Part shown: positions 38,951-49,200 of the stretch, in pieces
Position numbering within the stretch: the first letter of the stretch is position 1
Layout of the letters: each line of letters starts with the position of its first letter
Assembly (NCBI GenBank): GCA_976226885.1
Contig: OZ320316.1
Coordinates: forward strand, 35,526,001 to 35,590,000
DNA from: Iphione sp. A-MEVVRFRX5
Lineage: Eukaryota
Reading direction: 5' to 3'
DNA: 64,000 nt
Program-made: the position numbers and the translations under genes
Notes under the pieces: generated by a model
Told to the model about the DNA's origin: nothing
Seen by the model: only the letters and a program-made list of their open reading frames with translations
The model's database searches: none

Positions 38951-41846
38951 CTGGCTTGGAAGGGGGAACGGGAAAGGGGGGCAGGCAGGTGTTGGAGGTT
39001 GAGAAAGATGAGTACTGCAGTGGATATATAACCAGAGTGCGACGAGCCTTACTGGAGGTAGAGCACATAGGTAGAGAGACGGACAGACAGACTGGCAGAG
39101 ACAGAGCAAGAGGAAGAGAGATGGATCGAGTAGCATGGGAGAAGGGAGAGAGGGGTGAGGTTGGAGGTGCTTAGGGGGAACTTTTTCTCTGATACTCTGA
39201 GACGGCAGGGCTTTGGCACGGCTCACGGCTCGTTAGTCGGATAACATATTGGCGCTGGCATGCCCGAGTGATCTCTAAACAAGCAAACCGTATCAGAAGC
39301 CGAACCTATAATCCCGAAGGGATTGGGGCCCGTATTAATAAAGGGATCAGCAGCACGGCCGGCGTGTCAGTCATTACTGGTCCGACTAATACCCGCCACC
39401 CGATAACGTTACAGACCAATTGAATACCGACGGCCATGGCTTTCATGTGTTGCAGTCATGCAAGCGCGCCGAGCAAAAATGAGCCTGAAATTGGCGGGCG
39501 AGTTTCAAAATGTCGCCAGGCCCCTGTGATCTGCGATTATTGATTATAATTAATGTTCCTCGGTGATTTTTTTTTCGGTTTGGAGCCCCAGCCTCTGGTC
39601 TTTATCGGCAGGTCCCAGGCTGAGAAGGGGGAGGGAGGCAGAGCACCACACACAGCTCCAGGTGCGCTCAGCCGTCGATGGAAGGTAATTATCTCCGGCC
39701 CGGTGTTAGCCCCCGCCCCCGCCCAGATCGATGGGCGATCCCCTGCATTTCTTGTTGGATGGCATGTCAGGCCAGGGCGTCAGCCAGGGATCAAAATGCA
39801 CGGGGCAGGGGGTAAGGCCACCCACCAACCCTCCACGCACCTGCCGTAGCCGCCGTAGGAAACCACCCATCACCCCGAGGGCTGTATGACCAATGGTACT
39901 TACCGCACAAAAACAAGCTTGTACAAATCAAACCTATCTGGCCGCCATCGCCTGCGATCGCCTACTGTTGGTACCGTCTACAACCTGTTTATTCCACTGC
40001 CACCACCATCAGCAACCATCCTCACCGACGCCAGTTGCACCTCTATCAACGAACATGGCCACCACCACCGCTACCATTAACAGTCAGTTCCATCCAGGCC
40101 CCATCGACAGAAAAATCTCCGCAAATGCATGACTATCGTTGACTATTTCCCCCGAGGGAGCATGTCTCCAGGTGCAAAACGCGACCAGAACCACCTGCCA
40201 TCAGCAGCTGCATCCTCATCCGCAGGGAAAATCAACCAAAACCTCAGAACAAGCTTAATTAGCCCCAAGAAAGTGTTACAAAACAAGGTACTGTAATGTA
40301 ATTAGCACCACCCGCTGCTCTCTTCCCTGCTGCTACGACTCCAGTTTACCACTAGAGACCTGCTGCTTGTCATAGCTGTACAAGAACAGGGCATGAACCA
40401 CTCATCTTAATCCCATACTGATTCTGGCATCAACTACTAACGAAAGGGTGCAAGCAATCATACACTTCTACGAATAGATAGTCGTCTCTATGTACTTTGA
40501 CCCTCCATCATCAGTTGTCGTCATAAGCTATCAATATCCATACTGCAGCTGTTGAATTTACCAGAAATAAGAGTCATATTCACGATCATAACATCACCCA
40601 TCTAACGTTTTAAAAATAAACTGATGGGATGAAGGGTATATGGTCCTTAAGGAGACTGGAATACGAAGCAGGGGAAGTCTTTCTTGTCAATTTTGAGTGG
40701 AGCGACTAGTATACCACACGGTGCTTCAGGACTTGGATTAGACTTGTTCATATCATCTGTTGTTTCCTTTGATGTCTGAACCCTGCTGGCTATAAGCAAA
40801 GAGCACCACCTGTCACTACTTGACACTGCGTATCACGCTAATTCCTCATTTGGAAACTCCTGAGACCAAACCATCTCTTACACCGGCCAAAATGTAGTAT
40901 CTCTTACCAGAAAGTGCCATCATCTACCCAAATTAACCTACAACTTACTACACACGAACAACAATTATCCTAGCCACCGTCTATAAGTAATACCATGTAC
41001 TACAACATCATATCACCGCCAACGACCACGCACCACAATGTCTCAATCTCTGACAGGAAGCGAGGCCATTTACCATCATCTTCTGCCCTCCAAAAACAAT
41101 ATCACGATTGATCCTACTTGCTGCCCACCACTAGAGAACACCATTACTTACTAGGACCATCTGTCCACCACCAACAGTCATTCCTAGTAACCAGACCTTC
41201 ATTCTTCAATCCTAACAACCGCAGGAATTACCACTTAAAATATACCCTCCCAACGGTTAACACTCAATACCACCTACTTATTCCCCTTGTCACCTACAGC
41301 TAATATGCTACCTGTAACTACCAACTGCGGCAACCTTCCACAGTATCATTACTACCATCAAGAAGCACCAACACTACCAAAAGCTTTCTTCTCATCGCCA
41401 ACAAAGATTATCATCTGTCAAAAACCTCTCACTGATAACCCCAAACACCTCTAACAACATCCCATATCCCAGTCACTTCACAACTTTTCGTTACACCCGT
41501 CTACCGAACTATTGCCAACCGCTCGAACCTCATGCCTACCAGGAATGAGCCTCCCCGTGTAACACTGCTACCACGCACATGTAATTATGATGTAGGGTCG
41601 ATCAGCTGTATCTATTCTAGAGATATATTGTTTGCTAGCTGTCTTCCCGGACTATGAAGGATAAGTGACCGTCCGATACCCTTCCCCCAGAAAGGCCAGG
41701 AAGTCCACCCAGAGAAAGAAAATCGTTGAACAGAAGTGAAGAACAGTGAGAAAATGTGAGGAAACCGGTTGATTTGTACATGGAATGTAGCAGCCGAGGC
41801 TATTTCACTCCCCCACTTTTCATATACTTCTTTGACAGACACCTGC

Positions 41847-41927
41847 CAGGAGTTCCACCTCTCGAACCAGGAGTTCCACCTCTCTAATCAGGAGGTCAAC
41901 CTCTTTAACCAAGTCCACCTCTCTAAT
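41847..41927. repeat. 21-bp minisatellite, about 4 diverging copies
   Basis: caggagttccacctctcgaac / caggagttccacctctctaat / caggaggtcaacctctttaac / caagtccacctctctaat. Confidence 0.9.
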
Positions 41928-42029
41928 TGCAGGTACCCCCACAAAAATTCCTGGCCATGGGACTGATTGATGACATTAAAAGTAGGCACTGCATGGTGTG
42001 AAGCTGCACGAACGATGGGGTATGATCAT

Positions 42030-42870
42030 CAATGCTGTTCTTCCCTTGGAGCTGTTTCAAGCCAAGTATGAGTCATGATCACCTCATCACGGCGCTCTGT
42101 TAGGAAATTGGACGGACCGGGTTTTACAGCCAGAATCAAAACACATACCTGATGTCACCCTCTTTTGTCAAACATCTAATGCCCTAGCATTTAAACTCCA
42201 GAAAGAGGTAAATATGTTGAGTTCTGGTATCAGACATACGTATTGAAACTAAACACTAGCAAGACCTCTTACGAAACCTTTGCAAAGGGCCGGGATATCC
42301 CCCCTAGACTGCGAATTGGCTGGTGAGAGGATAAGGAAACAGCAGAAGAGTAATAATCATTGATGAATTTTTTTTGGAAAACCCAAGCCAGACATATCAG
42401 GAGGAGATCCAAGCGGAGAAGCTATATGCTACATAAAGTGGTCCAACCCCTAGCCTTCTATGGACGGGCCCATCTTTTCAAATCTTTCGTCCTGTCTATG
42501 CATGACTACACACTCTCCTTCCCCGTAACTAACAGCAAACAACAGTTGGATGAGTTACCAATTGAGACCAATAGAGGTATGAAGGTGGTAGTGGCTGGTA
42601 GCCTGAGAACCAGCCTTTTGTCGCTCTCAATTCACGGTACTTTTGATCCGAAACCCTGGTAGGTAAGAGACGAAGGACTGCTGGCCACAGACTTGTTATT
42701 ATTGGTGTATTCCCGTTTTAAAAGGCAGCAAAAAGAACAAGATCTAGTGTGACCCTGGTACTAAAAAAGAAAAAGCAAATGTCAGCTTGTATGCATTCGG
42801 CTTCCTATTTGTAGGAATCAATCTGTGGAACAACATGCCATTTAAATGCAAGGCTCAGAAAAAAACTAAA
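42030..42870 (+). mobile_element. CR1/L2-type LINE 3' fragment (RT end through ORF2 C-terminus)
   Basis: PDVTLF..KLQKEV, LKLNTSKT, FWKTQARHI..RSYML..LFKSFVLSMHDY, LDEL..TNRGMK and FLFVGINLWNNMP (cf. F...G..LWN.LP), all collinear. Confidence 0.7.
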
Positions 42871-44299
42871 TCATGATGTTATATGTCCGCACTAAGTGCC
42901 TCTCATAGTCCGATGCCGTATGTGACTTACTGTTTAATCCCTGCCAGGCTCTACTTTACCCTGTAAATTTGTTCAATTTCAGTATATTTCTCTGGATGTA
43001 TAAGCTAGGGGTTGTTATTAAGGGTAAATGCTGCCTATTGCTTCTCTTATTTTCTTCACAATTTTTATTTTTACTCTGACATGTATAATCTGTTGAACAG
43101 ACCAGTTGCCGTTTTGCAACATTACAATGCAAAATGTCATCTTTACTCATGTGACTACGCACTGTAAAAAAACATCTATTTTCCTGTGAGTCGGCAGTGA
43201 AGTTTACATTGCCATAGAATCCTTCAGAATGGTCGTACAGGGCCATGCTACAGCTCATTGTCATACGTCTTACTTAGGCCATTAGCTTTCATTTGATATA
43301 AGTTTTATTCACATCAGATAAAAAGAAGTGGGTGTTTTAGTCTTGGAAAGACAATATATCTTGGTGATGAACCAGCAAGATGTAATGTCTGTCGTAGGCT
43401 GTCGTAGCCCTACTACTCACTATACTGATTGTTGTGGTATTATTCTGTACTGCATGATGCAAAAAGGCAAGGGGTCGATTGCATTGCCATGTATATCTGT
43501 TCAAGTCACTGGAAGATCTAAAACGTGTATACTGTAAGAAGTAAATAAATCAATCAATCAAATATTCACCTGAAAACCTCATTCGAGAATGAAATCAAAT
43601 CAAACCCATCTCCGATTTATGTTTTCTCGGCCAAAAATCCAGCCACTTTGTGTATCTACCCCCGAAATCGTCTACTCTTGACATAATGGCTTCAAGTTCT
43701 GTGTAAACAATGCCATCTGAGATCAATATGTAGGCGTACACCGTACACATCTCTGGCAGGTCCAAAACGAACAATATTTATACAACGATTTATCTACACA
43801 CAGCGCCGTCCATACAAGGAAAACGTGATTTTCGACGAACCTACCAGATTGTTTACGGGATACAAAACATTAAACAACAGTCACGTGATTAATTCACGCG
43901 ATGTAAAACCTGGTCATTTACCTCAAAAAGGTAGCCCTAAAATCGTCTCATTCTAAACGGAAAGTCTCTTTGAAGCACAGCATCAGCAGGCAATGCACAG
44001 CATATGTTGTTGTGGGAACGTGGGCGGATGGACCGGGAAAGCTGAGGATCCTTGCTGAGAGAAACCGGATTCCACTCTTTTGTCTAGTGGGTATACAGAG
44101 TCTACAGAGAGAGGCAGATAGCGCTGACTACCGCTGGGAACGCCCGTTACGTGACGTCACCTCGACGGTAGCTCATGCCTGCTGATGGGGTCGCATACGA
44201 CTGGCCCAACTCCTGCCTCCACATCCTCAACTACTTGGCCTTAAAGTCTGCAGCTCCCGGCCCAGGTCTACGGTGCCAGACCCAATTTTACCGCTCTGC

Positions 44300-44990
44300 C
44301 CTAGATACGTTGTGAGGATTCCTCCAGCCATGTCCTTCAGTTTCCATGTTCCCATGTAGTTTCCAATTTGCTTCCCTTTCCTCGGGACCACCTGATCAGC
44401 CAGTTCTGGTATATTGGCCCCTTCATTTGGATTATCTCCTGATGATCCCGGATGACCCCTTCCCGGTTGTTGGTCCGTGGCTTCTTAACCGAAGCCTTTT
44501 ACCCCTGGACCAAACACCTTTTCCCAGCCCTTCGTTCAAGCCTTAAACCGGAGCCGGTAACCCTCGTCCTTGACAGTAGGTGATGCCCTTCTATTATGGA
44601 AGAGTGTGGATCAGTCGTGACAGGCTGTCACCAGGGGGATATCCCCGCAGTCCTCGGAGAGACAGCTGGAGGGAGCCAGTATTAAAGCGACAGGAAGAGG
44701 TGATGGCTGGAGTTCGAGGGTTGAGGGAATTAGCGGTGGACAAGAAGATGGGTTTTTGTGACCTCCCTCCTCGGGAGATACCCCGCACGTGGTCTCCGAC
44801 GGGAGAGTCCCAAACACGCGAGACTCGGGAGTTCTCCGGTGCGTGCTTTGGCAGAGGAAACCAGACCAAAGGAAGGAGGTATGCGAAGATTTCAATGAAA
44901 ATTGTGGTTAACTGAGATCCAGTCTGGTTCGAGCTGGAGTGAAAAGAATGTGTGTCTGTGGTCCCACTGAAGTGTAGGGGGTGAGTGGGT
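44300..44990 (-). mobile_element. Ty3/Gypsy-like integrase C-terminal remnant ending in a chromodomain-like sequence
   Basis: TPYTSVG..ILF..RTRLDL (cf. TPH.TTG.SPAELL..LRTRLDL), PVGDHV (cf. F.VGD.V), then EGVIRDHQ...WLIRWSRGKG..ETTWEHGN and, after a frameshift, LKDMAGGILTTY at about 44300-44462. Confidence 0.45.
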
Positions 44991-46599
44991 CGGCGCTGGC
45001 ATGGCGACGTATTTCTCATGCGAGTGAGCCATCCTGACCTCGCCAGTCAGTCGGGCCGTAGGCCCTGCCCGGCCGACCTCAGCGACCCTGCCGACCCTCT
45101 CGCCGACCCCGTTCGACCCGTGCTGGGCCAGCCAAGCAACCAGCCCGCTTGTGTGATCTGTATGCCGACGGCGGCGACGGGCCATCAGGCCTGCTTCCAG
45201 GGGTCATTATAAACAATTACATGCAGGCCAGAGGGGGAGCCACACTGTAGTTCAGCCCCAAAATGAGGGAGTAACGACACGCGCCTGTTGGTCGTCAGCC
45301 TCTGATGCATGCCCGTCAACTGGAAAACCACCGCGGAGACTACTCGGCATAACTACCACCCTCCTCGCCCCTCGGTCGAAACATCCTCCAAGCTCTCCAC
45401 CCTTCAAGCCTCCCCCTTATGACACCAGGTTGCTACACTAGTCGATCGATGTGCTCAAAACACATATTCACGCACATGAGTACAAGCGACGCACGGAGAG
45501 ACAAACAGGCATGTGGTAAATAATGGCATAAGTATATCGCAAGCTTTTCCATAATGCAAAATCTTTATCATGGATATGAGAATCACGAACGCAACTGAAG
45601 GAAACCCATTGAGAGCAGATGACTTTCAGAGAGAATGCAAGATAGAGATAAGCCAGATTCATTCTGACAGAGTAAGGCAGACCAATGGATTTACAGAGTA
45701 CATGTACATGTATAAAGGTATAAACGAAACGAAAGAAACTCCAGCCAGATCGAAGACACTAAAATAGATCTATATATTTTCATGCATTTATTCTTCGAAC
45801 GAATCACTCGAATCAACTGCCAGTCCTCTGATAATCGAATAGAGGTAGCTCCGAAGGTCACATAGATATGAGTATACAAGATAATAGATTTCTCCAGGGA
45901 GTCCAGTCATAGCGAATATGGAGAAGAAAGAAAAAAGTATAGGACTGAGGAGGACAGGGAGAATACAGTGGGGCCGGGAAAAGAAGCGGCTGGCTCAAGA
46001 GGGGGTCAATCGCTATTGAGGATAAAGGAGACTATAGAGGGAAATAATAATAGATAATTACTATTATAAAAGAACAGATAGAAGGAAATTTATACAACTG
46101 GCTCGTTGAAATATGGCTTACTTATAAAACTTATGACAGATAGCCACATTAAAAATATGGACGATTTAGAATACGAAAACTGGCAATAAATTGATTCAGT
46201 GAAAACAAAGCCTAAAGGCAGCGATTGAGAGAAAGCAAAAGGATGTTTGCCAAGAAGAAAGTTAAACTGGCAGACTGACTCTCTCTGTTAGATAGCTGTA
46301 TGTGGTGCGTGTCTTGCTATGTGTAGTTGGAGAGAAGCAGCGAAATCGAATGTGATAGAAGGGCAGAGATGGATGGATTTGACGGGAAGAAGAACTGGGC
46401 CGAGTGATCCTCCAAGCTAGAGCCGACATCCCCCCTCTCGTACTGCCCTCCCCACAACCCAAGTCGCACTCAGACGGAAGCGCAACTAATCGGCCATCAT
46501 GATTCACGCCGGGTCAAGCAGTCTGTTTTAGCCCCAACTCCCAGTCCCAGTGCTAAATCACAGACTGATCGTACAGCTCTTTATAGACAGTCAAACGCC

Positions 46600-46760
46600 C
46601 AATCTTCCTGGGAGGTCTACCCTAGCGAAAAGAAAATCCCAACACATATTGATGGCCCCCGACTAACAAAAGCTAAAACGTCTTGGGGTGGGTTGCCTCT
46701 TTCGAATTTGGAGATGTGGTGGCTTCTCTAATAGATTGGTCTACAGTGTATTCGCCTTCG
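46600..46760 (+). mobile_element. Short L1/Tx1-like ORF2 remnant
   Basis: SWE..EKKI..RLTKAKTSWGGLPLSNLEMWW resembles W..K.KI.R..L...K..GGL.LP.L..YY. Confidence 0.4.
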
Positions 46761-47045
46761 ATGTGAAATAACCATTCTGGAGCAACTATATATTGGCATA
46801 TATATTTCGGTAGAGATGTAAAGTCATTGCTGCTTATACTTAAAGCCATGTACCTGTACACATAAAGTGATCAGTATGTGTACTGACCCTTACTGCTGTG
46901 TAATCCCTGTCATAATCTTCACTTTAATCTTCTTTCCGTCTCTCCCATTTGCCCTTGATGCGGACGGACTACGCCTCTCCCGCTTCGCCTGCTATTCTCA
47001 TCTGACCACCCACCCACCCACCCACGACGACCGTGGCACCTCTAG

Positions 47046-47450
47046 TGGCAACCGTGCCGGCGGAGTACTGCCGCGAGCGACAGGAGCTGACCCTGCACGG
47101 CCCGATGGGGCACATCAGTAGCATAGCCACCGAGGACGCCGGCTGCGGGCTCCAGACGCCCTGGACCATCGTGGCCCTACCTGGACAGCGGGTGAACCTC
47201 ACCCTCTACGACTTCTCCATGGCCACGCAGAACGAGAGCGTGACGACGCTACCGCGCCGCACCTCCTACCCCATGTACTGTCAGCAGTACGCGCGCGTGG
47301 AGGAGACGGACGCGGCGCGCAGTACCATCATCTGCGGCGGCGAGCAGAGGGTGCGAAACGTGTACCTCTCCGTCACCAACACGGTGCAGGTGCACGTCAT
47401 GAACCGACGGGTGCAGGGCCATCCACAGTACTTCCTCATCAAGTATCAAA
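47046..47450 (+). CDS. Internal exon encoding a CUB-like domain
   Basis: Acceptor cctctag|TG gives V with the phase-1 G; donor CAAA|gtaagc; 405 nt, GC3-rich. VATVPAEYC...GHISS...GCGLQTPWTIVALPGQRVNLTLYDF...CQQY...ICGG...LSVTNTVQV...FLIKY matches CUB W.I.A.PG..I.L...DF, C..Y, CG, S.SN, F...Y. Confidence 0.9.
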
Positions 47451-48379
47451 GTAAGCTCAACTACCTCTACACGCCAATATAATGTAGATGCATAGATGTA
47501 TCTTAATATAGCCATATCGTGTTTCGCATACTCATACATATACCTCAATGGACCCTGTATTATTACTCTGATTGTTTTGCTTTCATACATACATGTACCC
47601 TCTCTCTTGCTTTCGACAGATGCCAATGCACGCAACATTGATATGTTTGTTCGTAATAAGAGACCTCAGGCATTTGCCTATTGTTGCTCTTGCTGTCCTT
47701 TTGAAAGAAATTTCCCTCTGTATATAAGCAGAGACTTCGCCTGCGTGATAGGAAACATGAATCAGGGAAGTAAAATGCATCAGGCAGGATTACGCTGTTA
47801 TGATCTAGAATCATTTATTTTCCTGGAATTTATTTCTATTAATTCTGAGACAATTAATGACAACCTCTTCAACATTTTGTGGGACAGGCAAGCTTAAGTA
47901 GTGGTTGGTTTTTATTTTCTCCTGTTTTGGTAAACCGTGGCATGGCTTAGTATTCATTTTATTCACATTGTTTAAGTTTCCTATGATGTAAAATGTTTAA
48001 GTGAAACCCCGAGTTATTTTTGCACAGTTTGGAAAATTGTACAATGTAACTACAAATACATCCAAAATTCTCAGTGTACAGGTGCTACATTTGATTTGAC
48101 AGAAGACGTCACAACAAACACATTGGATTGTATGTACAACTGTTCATAATGACACGTTGTGACCAGTAGAAATAGTAATAGAAATGCAATGCTATGATCA
48201 GGCAACCCATTGTCTCGGTAAACGTAAAATCATTGCTATATTTATCCACTTCTAACTTATTGGTTGACTAATTGACAATTAACGCTTCCTTACTGCTCAT
48301 AAACATTACCACGAGAAAAGAGGCTTAGTCAGCAGTGCTTCCTTATCGAGGCCCGACCAAGAGGATCTTTAAACGATCG

Positions 48380-49200
48380 GGGTCGACCAATTCATCACTG
48401 CTTTTAATGGAATTGATCGCGATCTGTTCTTTATTATCGACTTGCTATCCCAAAGGAGGGCATAGCCATGTTTCAGGAAGACGGTCATTGAAACCGAATG
48501 AATATAATACGAACTCTAAAGCTGATAAGTTCTTAGATCACACATTCGCACTGTTTCTTGACCTTTCCTCTCAGCCAGTTAGATGGAAGGCCGATATGAT
48601 GTTGATTTCCGATTAGAATCCAGGACAGCCCCCATCGTTGATTGATCCTCGTAGCTTATCTCCGTTTTTCTTTTACTGAAGTATGATTTGGAACAGCAAG
48701 TATATTCCTCATGAATATGTAGACATCTGAAGCCAGATATACATATTTCATATTTATATATGTATGGGATAAAAGCAGGTGAGTTTACTTAAAGCTGAGC
48801 ATAAAAGGATGCTGGGTGGCAGCTGGTGGTGAAATATCCCACTTGCCGAAGGCGAGATTTGAACCAGTAACCTTTGGGCCCGCCGACCAATCTCTTAACA
48901 AATTGGGCCGAGCCACTCGAGTTTCAAGTCTGCGAGTGACTGGCTCGTCGAATGATAGCAAACCCTCAAGGGAAGGAACCCTAGACGATAATGCACACCA
49001 CTGCCGGGCAACATGTAATGAGGAGGGCAACTGCCTGAAACATCTTGCCATCGGAATGGCGCCATATAAGGTTGACTATGCACTTGATGAGTCATACCTC
49101 TCAGAAGGAGGAACATGATGCAGGCAACTGTTAGTGCGAGCGACACACTCCTGATTACCAGAAGTTCTACGGTATTTGGATGCTTTAATTTTAGCTCTGA
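48380..49200 (+). mobile_element. Degenerate LINE RT (CR1/L2/RTE-like) interrupted by a SINE
   Basis: IAICSLLSTCY (RPISLLS), FLDHTFALFLDL (LD...AVFLDL), PQG, LDD and VLRYLDALI (KYLG..I). Confidence 0.5.
48786..48920 (-). mobile_element. tRNA-derived SINE
   Basis: Minus strand has A-box-like GTGGCTCGG, then AAGGTTACTGGTTCAAATCTCGCC (B box GGTTCAAATC), then a central segment with CCACCCAGC and an A/T-rich tail. Confidence 0.6.

Noticed and set aside
20495-40230. Exact 17-mer cctcatccgcagggaaa at 20495 and 40214
   Set aside because: About 0.2 such matches are expected by chance in 64 kb, and the flanks do not extend the alignment.
45120-45205. CVICM...GHQAC resembling a RING finger
   Set aside because: Spacing is too short, ligands are missing and there are no splice signals.
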